DNA of 64,000 bases, from positions 62,001 through 126,000 of the forward strand of contig JAUCBJ010003773.1 in assembly GCA_032718475.1 (NCBI GenBank). Reading direction: 5' to 3'. The notes under the pieces were generated by a model. That model was not told where the DNA came from. It made no database searches and worked only from the letters and a program-made list of their open reading frames with translations. Positions 1 through 11,790 of this stretch are shown piece by piece (position 1 is the stretch's first letter; every line of letters starts with the position of its first letter). This stretch comes from Nemertoderma westbladi (taxonomy: Eukaryota > Animalia > Xenacoelomorpha). Made by a program: the position numbers and the translations under genes.

Positions 1-2316
1 ACTTTTTTCATTGGATAGAGGAAAGATTGTAGTGTGTGAAATAGGATACAACTTGAGAAAAGACGCATGTGCACTTAGTGTAAAGTGCACTTAAAAAGTG
101 CGCATTTTTTCTATATTTCAAACACTATTATTTCCAGTTCTATTCATCGTAGAATGTAATTTTTTGGATTAAAATGTAGTTTGGAATGCTTTCTAACTAT
201 AATCTTAACATTTGTTTAACTTTTTATGTCTATAAAGTGACTTAAAATGTCCATGAATATGGTTCAAAATCGCAAATGTCGCGATTTATTAAATTGGATT
301 TTTGACACTTTTAGTAACTGACACTTGATTATACTTGATGACTGGTCACTTGATGACTGTAGATCGGTAGAGGATAGACATAAGTGTGTTAAATACGAAC
401 CACCTCTAAGATCCGCTAAAGTGCACTTGTACAAATAAGTGTGCAAAAGTGGGAAATTTTTAATAAGGTCAAATAGTTCAATAAGGTCAAATAGGTCAAT
501 ACATTGCTTTTTGTGATTTCTAACTGTATTCTTGACATATGTGTAACATGAAAGATAGTCACGAAAATGTACAACAGAAATCAAATATGGCAAAAAACAG
601 GTGTGATATTAAATTCACTTTGAACAATAAATAGAGATCAAATAACAAATGGACCACAGAATTAAAAACTCACACAATTTTGAACTTATAATATCGCTTC
701 AAATTAATTTAAAAGTGGATATTTGGAGGAAGGAGGAAGTTAGATGAACTGCATTCTGCATTTATGTGACAGTGTGCATTCGGGGGAAGTTTGGTGAACT
801 GCATTTATGCAGTGAATCCAAACTTCCCCCTTTGAGATATCATATACCTAAGACATGCTAGGGTGTCGGGGAAATATTTGTTACTGTCACACTTTGCTTC
901 CATTTATCCTATCCTATGTTATTACTCCAATCAGATAAGAGATACTAATCAGTAATTTAGAATTCTAAACTATCTTTCATGCAAACAAAATTCTAACTAA
1001 AGACGGGTGAATGACCATGGAAATAATGTAAAATATAACTTATCAAATATTTTGGAAGGCTTCCGAAGTTAAACCCCAAAACAATTATTTCATACATATA
1101 GTAAATAACATTGCATGTTCTTCTTCCTCTCATAATAAAATATAATAATGAAATATATCTGATTACTGTAATATTTCACAACCAAAATGTTTCAGTGTGA
1201 TAAGTGTACCACACGCCCGCCAAAACAGCCGCAAACGCATAGCCAACAAATTTAATAAAAGGTTACATGCATGTTGGGTTCATGACGAGTGAAAATTGAT
1301 CGCGTAATATAAACTAAATTAAACATCGGTCAGGCTCTCCTCCACTTCCTAACCCAATGTAAATATTGTTGTTATAATCTAATATTGGGGCGGCTTTCTC
1401 TCGTTCCCCAGTTGAGAATAGCCTAAGGGCTTCGAAAAGGATAAAGCAGCTTCCGGCTTACCTGATATTGAATATAATCTCTAGCGGTAAATTAATAAAT
1501 TTTAGTTAATTAATTACAAATATAATTATTAATTAAATAGATATCCAACAGTTGGTTTGATTTAACTGATTGGACTTTTGGATCAATTTTTGTAGATATT
1601 AATAATAATTTTCCACCCACGCAGTTGTCCACGATTGGACGCCCATGTCTATAAAGTGATGTGGATAACACATGGCCTGGAGAAATTCCTAGAAATCCCT
1701 ATCTAAGATGATCAATTAATTACCTTAACATTTCCCGTTTTATAGTCCCGGAGCTCAAACTCGGCCTATTGTGCTACTGGATTGAAATAAAAGACAAGAA
1801 TCGGAAATGGAGCGAATCCCTTCAGTTAAACGTTATCTCTCTTATTTACTTCCCTGCTACTGGTAGTTTGATACTTTTGAATAGAACAAAGTACAAAACA
1901 AACAATAACTTATTGTCTTTAATCGCAGATAGAATCAAATCAACGACTACATCTTAAAATTGATCGTGAATTCAGTAAACCATGTGAGTTCAGAGTCCTT
2001 CTGTCCTATCAGCCTTTACGGCGGTGTACAGTAGGCCTAAGTACATCACCTTGTGTGACACTAAATAAATATATTGATAGTAACAATGTGTTGGCAAGCT
2101 GTATTTTTCGAGGTGTTTGTTATTATACATTTATTATAGGAAGGGATCTAGGGGTCTTAACCTCGAATGATAAGTTTATTTTACCGAAAATAACTTATCT
2201 TTTATTGGCGCAATTGTAGGACTAATCCCATCACATGCGTACTTTTTTAACCGGGTAGTGTACAAATTTAGGAATCGCGTAATTTTTCTTGAAATTAATA
2301 TCTCATATCTCTCCAA

Positions 2317-2359
2317 ACCACGTACGCGTTTCGACCTTACTGGGTCTCATCAGCGTGGT
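2317..2359 (-). ncRNA. Minimal type I hammerhead ribozyme
   Basis: Minus strand reads ACCACG-CTGATGA-GACC-CAGTAA-GGTC-GAAA-CGCGTA-CGTGGT. Core boxes CUGAUGA and GAAA are intact. Stem I ACCACG/CGTGGT, stem II GACC/GGTC, palindromic minimal stem III ACGCGT, GUA cleavage triplet. Confidence 0.88.
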
Positions 2360-2420
2360 GTCGGATTCGAACCTGGGACCTCGAGGCGGAAGCCGAGACT
2401 ACAACCACTAGGCCACAGGT
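2360..2420 (-). ncRNA. tRNA-derived sequence (Pol III internal promoter, SINE-like head)
   Basis: Minus strand has A box TGGCCTAGTGG, a possible anticodon loop CT-TCC-GC and B box GGTTCGAATCC. The acceptor stem is not intact, so it is not called a functional tRNA. Confidence 0.7.
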
Positions 2421-4523
2421 TCTTGAGATATGGAGAATTAATTTCAAAGACAGCTGCCATTTTGATTTGCCATTGTGATGGGATTAGTCCTACAATTGCG
2501 CCAATAAAAGATAAGTTATTTTCGGTAAAATAAACTTATCATTCGAGGTTAAGACCCCTAGATCCCTTCCTATAATAAATAAATATAGACCTTCTCGTAT
2601 TCTCAGTCCAATACATAATACTTATGTAATAATCTTATGATTGGTGTACTGTTTTATTGATTGATTTTATTGATTGTATTATTGATTGGTGTACCAAGGA
2701 TTGCTGATGGGGTGTGGGTCAGGGATGGCTTTAACCTTTTCTTGGGCCCTATGTAAAGTCCAGTAGTATACCGCTTACCAGATCCTAGTAACGATGTATC
2801 TTACCGTAAGATCCAGTAATGTATACGGGCTCGTACAGTATCTGACAACAAATCCCAGTCCAGGGTATCTAAACAAACAGATACAAATACGCAAACAACT
2901 ACTGGCGAGGAACAGAGCCTAGTGTCTATTCTACGTACGTGAGCGGGTCTAATGCCTACAAACTAGACAAAAGGATGCCTGTCCTCTAACCGGTGAGGCA
3001 GATGTACAGTTACGGTGACAGACCAAACTCACGGGAAAACAATCCCCGCGCAGCGAATCCTAACTATCGCTGACAGACCTAAATACCGTAACTTGCCGCG
3101 GTGTGATTTATATGGTTTATATACGAGCTAGTGGGTTCACAGACCTAGCGTAACAATACTGACACCTGACACCTGTACTAAATCAGTCTAAAGGGGGTCG
3201 TGCCTAAAGTAACGATACTATTGCTCAGTCAAACAACAGTCTAATAAATAAATACTCCTCCTTGCCGTAACTAAATATCAGATCCTAAATTTACAAACTA
3301 CGAATAGTAAATTACAGATAAATTCTGCCTAAAAGTAATCTAAAGTGCGCTATAACTCTATAGTAGAACTCTAAGGGTACATATGTTTTAGGGCGTGTGT
3401 GTGTGGGTGTGTTACAATAAAACAATTTTGGTGTATTCCATTGTACTAGGTTTTAGTGATTTTCTGACCAAAACAATACCGTGCGCTAGCTACGAAAATA
3501 AGCAGTCGCGCTCTGTAGAACTTTATACTTACAAATGACGTCAAAGCTCTCTCCTTCCTATCCACAACTCAACCGGGCAACCACGGTGTTAGTAATTACA
3601 CCCGTGATCGGCACAAATACCAGATTCTGGTTGTAAGATAAAAAATAGGAGTTAATTGCTACCGTACGTTAGCTGATCTGGTATACAAATTTTATTCTAG
3701 AATTTTGTTGCCGCGGTGGTTAGCAGCAATACCTATCAGTACGTGGCAAGGCTTGGTAGGATATTAATAAACCTCCCTAGGCCAAGCGAAGTGCCGGTAG
3801 CAGAAATACTCCTTGCCTGATCAAATAACTAAGGTTCAGACAGGGGGGGGGGGGGGGGGGGGGTACTAATGTATATTCTACAAAGCAAACCGGTACCGAA
3901 CTGTCAGTATTGCGAATCACTAAATTATGGAACATATGCTGTCTGTACCTAATATGTACTCGCGTACTGACGAACGGCAATAGTTCACACCTGTAAGAGA
4001 TACAGGTTAACCCAGGGATTTGCAGTACAGGGTCCTGACTGAATCTAGCTACCTGATCCTAAATTTTGCGGCGTCCCAGGACGGCGTCACGTCACGCTTA
4101 CCCTGATCTATAGGTCTTACGTCGGGCAAGGGCGTTAAACAAAGTCTTACCTTCCTCGGAAATCGGAAAAGTGGAGTATTTCGAAAGGGAGAAGGGGGTG
4201 CGCGGTCTAATCTAAAGTGGGCGCTAGCGTGTTGTGGACATCTTCCCTGCGTAGCTGACGGCCTAACGGTCTAGGCGGCCATCCTCCCAATGCTTGGCTG
4301 TCCCAATGGTTGACAATCAGAAATATACATGTTCCAAAGTTTACAGTATATTTACGTAATTTACAAAGATTTATCAACCTGAACACTAACAAATAATTCA
4401 AGGTTAACAAGATTTGAAACAAATAACAAGTAAACTAATACTAAATCAATAGTAGTAGTGAGGGATAAGATAGTGGCATAAGTGTGGCATAAGTGTGTGT
4501 GATAACCGAAGGCAAACCAGCCC

Positions 4524-4660
4524 TTATATAGCAAATCTGGGACATAGAATCCGCTAGAACCTTCCAGAGCATTCCATGGCCTCACATTGGAGCAATAAGA
4601 TGTTCCATGCCCTATGATTGGCCCAACTCATCGTTCCATACGTTGTACGCACCTCATTGG
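4524..4660 (-). promoter_or_regulatory. Putative LTR Pol II promoter (3 CCAAT boxes + TATA)
   Basis: Minus strand has CCAAT at 4656-4660, 4617-4621 and 4586-4590, then TATATAA at 4524-4530. The 5' LTR copy has TATCTAA (20668-20674). Confidence 0.55.
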
Positions 4661-4695
4661 TTTATCAAATTAGATCAAATTATAATAAATTGCCC

Positions 4696-4779
4696 AAAAA
4701 TGCAAATTTCCCGACTGGGATTCGAACTCGTAACCTATCTGTAATGTAACCAACGCCTTAACCATCTGACCACTGCTCC
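4696..4779 (-). ncRNA. tRNA-like Pol III cassette inside the LTR (second copy ~20840-20917)
   Basis: Minus strand GGAGCAG-TGGTCAGATGG (A box)...GAGTTCGAATCCC (B box)...ATTTGCA-TTTTT (T5 terminator); degenerate cloverleaf. Confidence 0.55.
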
Positions 4780-6479
4780 ATTAGAGTTACCTACGGGTTT
4801 ATGTGTACCAATATGAATAGGCATATTACATTACTGTAATTTAATCAAAATGCGTCGGATTTTAGAAAGTTTTTACGTTAAACTACAAATGCTACTCTAT
4901 AGTGAAATAATCCATCACCGCTCCATGAAAACAGTTTAATAAGACTGTTTTCACCAATCGAAATATAAACTATTTACAAAATATTTCTTAAGTCTAATGG
5001 CGGGGCCTAAAATATAAAATACTCACTACTTAATTATTGCATACTTAATATTGCAGGTACGGCGTAAATACAATCTATCATACATACAAAATACAAATTT
5101 ACCAATTAACTTTAGTGCATAAAATACAAAAAAGAGCTTTCGGTTATCAAGATAAGCAAATTAAACAAATTAGAACAAATCAAAACAAATAATTTCAAAG
5201 CTTTCAATAATTCTTTCATATATTACAAATATACTTAATAAACTTTCCAAATTAAATCAATTCGAATATAAACAAACATAATGCGCTAATAATTTCCAAA
5301 TAAGTCTTAAAGTGTCCTCCTGCGCTTGTGTCCTTCTGGGCTCCTCCCCGAGGCGCACCCACGAGGCGGACACCTTTCCACCACCCCTGGGGCCAGTCTG
5401 ACTGATGTTATTATCAGACCGGGCCGGAGGGTGGCCCGATGCTTCCGGGTTCTGTTTTCGGTCCCCCGATCACACCGGCACAGTTTGTCGAATGTGTAGC
5501 CAGATGGGCGGCTACTGTCAACTTACTGTGGCCTGACTGTACATTGAGCCAACTCAAAGTATAACAAAGAGTCAACCGGCAGGTGGACCAGTCGATAGCG
5601 ATCGAGCACCAAGGTCGCCCTTGGGCCTAACCGACGGTCTTGTCCCAAGTGGGCTTGCGCTACCTGACATTGGAATTTTGACTCGTTTTCACCCGCCTCG
5701 CCGGCAGTATTGGAGGATACTGACTAGCACAAAGGCTAGGAACAAGTCACCACTTACCAGTCACTGTACACGTGTACTCAACAGATTCTCAACATATCAA
5801 GTACACAAATCGGACACATACCATACACACACAGAAGACAAAATCGGGAAAGACAAAATCGGGGTCAAAGTCAGAGGGGACAAAATTGTATCGACTAACA
5901 GGCTAATCGAGAGTACCTTATTTTGCCGTCAGGGCAAAATAACTTTGTGTGCACAAAGTATGCTGGGGCGCAGTAGAGATATGGTCCTACTAATACCAGC
6001 GGCGTCTGGACCAACTGGCAAGGGTTCCCATACTCACTCGCAGTGGCCACACATACAATCACGTGTACTCACGTACCCACAGCAACAGAAAGCTCAAAGA
6101 CCCGAACAAATCCCAAAGACCAATCAGCTGAACATGGAGACAATAACATATAGTATCAAAAAAATGGAACAGCTGATGGCCAAAGGAACCTATCCAAGCC
6201 CCAAGCAAACTGCAACTGATTGCCCACATACAAAACATAGTTCACGCCACATGAACCACAAATCACGCCATGCCACCACCCCTACTGTGTACAGGACTGG
6301 CAGTATGGCAACAGGCCGACTAGATGGTACCATGGCACCATGTCGATCCATGGTTCGTTAGACACGAGGGCCTTCAGTGACTCCCTAGCACTATATTTAA
6401 GATTTAGCAAGCCCCCAGACCCTCACGAGTCCGCCGTCGCCTGTTGATCGCACCCCTATAGAGACCTCACCTCTTTAGG

Positions 6480-9400
6480 TACGATCTCAAAGTTCGTCCT
6501 ACTGGTTTAGATATCTTCTCCTGAGCACTGATTGCTAACGGTAGGCTCGCAAGCCTTCCTTCTCTATCTCGCTCCTCCAAAACCAACATCCAAACGTAAC
6601 GTCCAATATAAATACCCAAATATAATATCCAAATATAATATCCAAATATAATATCCAAATATAGTATCCAAATATAATATCCAAATATAATATCCAAATA
6701 TAATATCCAAATATAATATCCAAATATAATATTCAAATATAATATCCAATCGGTAGGCTCGGAAGCCTTCCTTCCTTCATCTCGCTCTCCTAATCCTTAG
6801 TCGAACAGGCTCGTCCACGCCCTCTAATACGATTGGGTGGTGGTCGGGATCGAACTGGACTCGGACTTCGGTGTCAAGCTGTCGGTGGTTCCAAAACGCT
6901 AGGAAAGGGGACGACGGGAGTTTCACACGTCTGTCATGCGCTCAGTCATCTAAATCCTCATCCGATTCCAATCGTTGGCTTCGTAGCATCGGGTCGAGTC
7001 TCTACAACGCTAGGAGGAAGTCTAAAGGGTGGAACTGTTCCATCCGCTGACACCTTGCTCTCTGACGTCGTCTGAATTCTAATGGGTTCCGGCAAAGCAT
7101 ATCCTGTCCCTCCACGTGGTTCTCTAGCGAGGGAAACCGTGCCCCGAGTCATCCGGATTCGCGACTTCGATGTCGTCCTCTCGGCGACATTTACTACCTT
7201 CTTTATTTCTTGTCCGGCTTTCTGGGCTCTAAGTATACGAAGTTGCGGATCTTCCTGTGGGTGTCGCGTTCGGCTAACGGCGTGGCTCTGAAGCCAGTCT
7301 CACGCAGAACATCCGCCTCATCTAGAATACACAAGGTTACGCGTTTGTGGTAAAATGCGCTCCGGTATGCCCAAGCTATCGAATGCCAGGCTCCTCGATT
7401 CCGCTGTTCGACTCGCAATTTGTCGAATTCCCCGGCGGTAATCTTATTCACCACAGTCTGAAAGTTCCATGTGTTCTTATTGTCGGGGTGTACCTGTAGA
7501 AAGTAGTCCCGAACAACCTTAAATCCGCTATCCAAAGGCAATATATCCAGCACCTCCAAGAGTTCATCGTACTGAGGCATAGCTGACACGTATCCTTCTT
7601 TCGATATTATGAGAGGGTTTATGGCCCAAAATCCCAAGTGCACTCTCATAGGGAAACGGCGTCATTGTGTCGATACATGCTCGTCTGCGTGATTCTCCCA
7701 ATGGTCGAATAGCTGTCTAACGATTTTAACTGACATATGCTCATAGGGGATGTCGCTAAGTTGACACTCTGATGCCCTATGACCTTTAATGTTACAATAC
7801 GTGCACTGCGCCACGAAACGCCAGCAAGTGTAGAAAGTCTGCGAACGTTGATCCCCATACCAGTTGTACACTAAGTCCGGTAGAGATATATGTTTCGCTC
7901 TGCATTTCTTTGCGTGGTGGCCAGTTGCCCCGCATCTGCTGCAAATAGTGTTGGCAGGATACCAAACTCGCTCATAGATGAGATCTCCGATGGGGCGAGC
8001 GCTACCGTCCACGTGATAATTCTCATCATCCGGGTCAGTCGGTATGTTCATCTCCGTAGGTTGTACACAAACCATGGCATCACTTTTCTCCAACTCACGT
8101 ATCTCAGTTTGCGTCTTTCCCGGAAGGTTCTCCTCTATCTCTATGAGTTGCCGCAACGGTTCGTCTATTGTCGCAAACTTGGTCGGATCCACATCGTCAT
8201 GATGGGCGGTAGGCTCGCGAGCCTTCGAGGATCCTTCCGGGCCTTTGAATTCCGCGTGGCGTTCCCCGTTGTAGGGTACTAACGTCAACATCGACGGTCT
8301 GTCGACTAAGTTTCCCGCGTGAGTGAGATAAACATCCCTGAAAACGCTAAGTCCCGCTCGCGTGAAAACTTCGCAGTGCGCATCAGTGTTATAAAAGGGT
8401 TGGAGAAATCGGCGGAATACATCAGTATGCATCCTTCCTCCGTCGTAAAAGGTATGTCCTACACCGAGACATAACGGATGTCACTTTAAAGTTCTAGACA
8501 CTACATCGGCGATGAAGCAAACGTTTACCGAAGATTCTATCGCCAAATAGCATTGCAAGATTATTTGTGGAGGTGAGGTAATCGCCCAGTACACACAACC
8601 TCGCCACTTCAACTGTGACTCAAACTTGTTTACGCTGGGGGTATCTCCCTCACCGTATACGTCCGTGTATTTGCTCCTCTTACTCTCCTTATAATCCCAA
8701 CTAAACATTAGGTATGAGATATAACCCGTTCCAGTTTTTAGCGTGTTATACTCCCTGAAATATCCTTGCTCAATAGCCCAAAGCAACAATGGTCTAGTAT
8801 CCACGTATGGCGTAGGCAATCGATCCTCCTCCGCGGGCATTCCTGCAAAATCGCTAATGAGGTCATCCCATACACCGGATCCGATCTTGACGATACTTTT
8901 ATCAAGTACAACATCTCGTACGGCCTTTGGCAACATCCTAGCTTCTATGCTACAAGCCAGGTCCATGGATTTAATTATCCGTTTTATCATCGCGTGTCTT
9001 TGCGTCGTTCCTTCCGGCATAGGCATCTTTCTGTCGCTCCTCTGTCGGCTGAAAACATGTAACATGCCATCTGGTGCTCGAATTTGTATGGTCTTTGAAG
9101 TGAGGCTTTGCTGATGGCTTCCTCTTTCATTATCCTAAAACATATAACCATTCTCCTTCAGAGATCGGCTAGTTGCATCCCAATCGTCGAGTAAATCATC
9201 GGTAGGGTTCCAAATTCTCCCTATGGACTTTTCATCATCGAAACTAATAGGTTTTCCGGTCCAATTGGTCGCAATATCGGTGTCGGTTTCAAACGTGCCG
9301 ACTCCGATCCATAATCGAATCGTTTTCGTCAGATATCCTCGCAAGATACAAGGTGCGATATCCGTCCCCGCGCGATCCACTTCCTTAAAGTCCGTAATAT

Positions 9401-9930
9401 ATGGAGGCACGTTGCGTACGATTTTCTGAACTATCGTTCTACGCAACTCGGCCGAATCTAACACATCACCAAAGGTAACCGATGGGAGGAAATCCAGGTT
9501 CGAAATGATCTCCGGGTGTTCAACTATAGGAATCTCATAAGTTGTCTCCTCTCGGTCGGTATGCTAATAGGAAAGCTGATTGGTCTCGCAACTGGTACTA
9601 CCGCTTTAGTAGGATGGGGCTGAGGTTCTCGCGTCATCTCGACATGAGGTATCTGTAGTCTCTGTGACAAACGCTGAGCAAAGGTGATTCTATCAAAGAG
9701 CTTGGGTGTCATCTCCTTAGGTTCGGTTTGATCGTGGGATATCCAGTAAAATGGTAGGCTCGCGAGCCTTCCGCCGAACTCCTCGATCTCACCTTCCTCG
9801 TATGCCTTGTACGCCCTGTAGAGGCTCAAAGCTTCCCGTTTCTCTTGTGTCGACTTATTAGACTCGTCCACTACCATACTGTAGACGTCTGGTTCGACTA
9901 ATTTGGGTTCGTAAATAACGATCTCACCCG
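6480..9930 (-). pseudogene. Long unassigned coding region downstream of truncated pol, with twin CCHC zinc knuckles
   Basis: ORFs 9135-9464, 8481-9065, 7662-8432 and 7203-7649 share one frame and are separated by single stops. Contains CSRCGATGHHAKKC and CTYCNIKGHRASEC (CX2CX4HX4C). Confidence 0.6.
6606..6749. repeat. 13-bp minisatellite (CCAAATATAATAT) x ~10-11
   Basis: Directly visible tandem array. It produces the artefactual DIIFGYYIWILYL ORFs. Confidence 0.9.
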
Positions 9931-10766
9931 CGTTCGGTCCACCTACCTATGTGTTAGAGTCGTACATGTGCGTCCAGTATCATAGCGCGCTGTAGCTCAT
10001 GGTGTTGTGGTATGATGATAGGATACCTAAAGTCAAGTGCAAAGTCAATGTTCTGGAGTCTGGAATTGTGACAAAGTAAGCCCCTATAAATAATCGGACT
10101 CCAACTCAAAATCGGTGAAGACTTGATCTGTTTACCCTGATTGATCGCTGTGAATTCTCGTGCGAAATATCGCAATTGATAATGTCTAATAATATCAACT
10201 TCACAAAGACCAACTTCCTCTAAGGTAAGTCTCCTAGGAAAGTCGCGTTTTCCTCTGGCATATTGTCTCAAACGTTTGAGCCATGCTAACTTGCGGCACG
10301 CGTCAGTCCATGATCTAGTTAGGTTTACTATCCTGTCAATGTAAGTGTTAGTGACGTCATCAGGTGAGTTATAGTTGTAATGTGGATACTTGTTTGGACT
10401 TGGAAGGCCCACGGGCCTTCCGGTAGGTGTCTCCCTTTGTACAATAGGTTTGTCTGAGTCCTCAAGTATGTCAATCTCCACGGTCTTACCTCTACCGTCT
10501 GCACCTAGTGAATTGACTGGCAGTAACGGTTTCAACTATACAATAATAGTGTGTTCCTGTGAGCTCGTAAGCTTCCTAACATTAGTCACATGTTTACCTG
10601 TAGGTGGTAAGTCAAGTATTTTCTTTGAGCGGAGTGTGATCGCTGTGGCCACACCTTCGTCGTCCAAAGAAGTCAAATTCGGTAAGTTGTTAATACCTAA
10701 TGGGTGTGTACTAGTCCGCTCCAATGAATTCATTGCATCCTTACAGTACATGTCGTTTCTTTCCAA
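9930..10766 (-). pseudogene. BEL pol linker and start of integrase zinc-binding region; integrase core absent
   Basis: IIRHYQLRYFARE...SPIIYRGLLCHNSRLQN...YPIIIPQHHEL...ILDAHVRL*H matches the BEL/Pao pre-integrase segment. No CxxC or DDE core follows. Confidence 0.75.
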
Positions 10767-10779
10767 TGGAAAGTCTAGT

Positions 10780-11190
10780 ATACAGTCTGGTGAGGCGTCC
10801 GGTGAACAGTCTGGTGAAACGTCTGGTGAGACATAGCGCGGAACTTCCGGCGAAATGTCCTGTCATCGGTCCCAAAGAAAGTCTGGCGTAGCTTCTGTCA
10901 GAAAGTCGGGTCTAAAGTCTGGTGGACAGTCTGTCGAGATGTCTGGTGGAAAGTCTGGTGAAACGTCCGGTAGACAATCTGTCGAGAGTTCCATAAAACA
11001 ATCTGGCGAACAATCCAGAGAGCAATCTGGTGTCGCTTCTGGTGAATAATCTGGCGAGTCATCTGGTGAACAATCCAGCAAAACGTCTGGTGAAATCTCC
11101 CGCGGAACATCCGGTGAAAGATTCATACAAGCGTTTGGTCGAGAGTCTGGTGAGATGTCTGGCGTAATGTCAGGTCTAGCGTCCAGGTCA
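10780..11190 (-). repeat. Degenerate 12-bp coding repeat (TCTGGTGAAACG-like; PDxS peptide) between RNase H and the pre-integrase segment
   Basis: Translation shows repeated PDISPD/PDCS units. Confidence 0.8.
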
Positions 11191-11289
11191 TCAGATTCCG
11201 TCCGTCCTTGTTTCCTCTTGACCTTGGCGTTGGCTTTCGGTTTAGATTTGACAACTGTGTTGATTTTATCTCGGCACCCTCCGGTATGG

Positions 11290-11790
11290 TATTGGTTGTC
11301 GTGTCGAATAACGGTGGCCATTCGTCTGATGGTCGTTGTAGGAAATCGGGTCCTCTAGACCAAAAGGATTTATTGTCCGGTTTACAAAAGTCGATCGGTA
11401 GCATCCCCCGTGACGCGATGTCAGCTGGGTTCAGCTTCCCTGGACAGTGACGCCAATCTTGTTTGAGCGACCGGTCCAATATTTCAGCCTGTCTGTTGGC
11501 TACGAAAGTCTTAAACTTGAATGTTTTGTTGTTTATGTACCAAAGTACCAACGTCGCATCCGTCCAATATGTGACCTTCAAGTTAGCCTCCAGCTCGCGT
11601 TGATCTAGACTGACAATATCGGTGGATATCGTCCCGGCTTGCAGCTCTCCACGAGGTACAGTCATATACTTCAACGGCATTGTTCTAGCCCTTGAAGTAA
11701 CGAGATACACTTCGTAGCTGTCTAATGTCACTTGTCATCTAAGGTACAAATTAACCCCTAGTCCATCCTTACTAGCGTCACTAAAGCTGT
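11290..11790 (-). pseudogene. BEL RNase H domain
   Basis: SDAS motif near 11770-11781; SRARTMPLKYMTVPRGEL; YWTDATLVLWYI; FVANR; WRHCPGKLNPADIASRG. Confidence 0.9.

Larger units (their letters stand above)
2129..2580. mobile_element. Fold-back / MITE-like element with 107-bp perfect inverted arms
   Basis: 2129-2235 (ATTTATTATAGGAAGGGATCTAGG...CCCATCACA) is the reverse complement of 2474-2580. A second, imperfect inner inverted pair lies at ~2286-2311 and ~2425-2450. Confidence 0.85.
2752..4917 (-). repeat. 3' LTR of BEL/Pao element (2166 bp)
   Basis: TGTAAAGTCC...AATCCATCA; near-identical to 18886-21055 with scattered substitutions and small indels. Confidence 0.95.

Noticed and set aside
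1380-1960. Host gene exons (splice-like sites near 1460, 1624, 1745)
   Set aside because: No coherent reading frame or recognisable protein; cannot be supported without transcripts.
2360-2420. Functional tRNA-Gly(TCC) gene
   Set aside because: Acceptor, anticodon and T stems pair poorly, so it is treated as a tRNA-derived promoter.
5500-6351. TGA-recoded (Trp/Sec) membrane protein on the minus strand
   Set aside because: GT-rich composition alone yields many V/C/W codons and TGA. A TAG stop is also present and TGG is used normally.
6467-6749. Hydrophobic repeat-protein ORFs (DIIFGYYIWILYL)
   Set aside because: Translation artefact of a 13-bp minisatellite.
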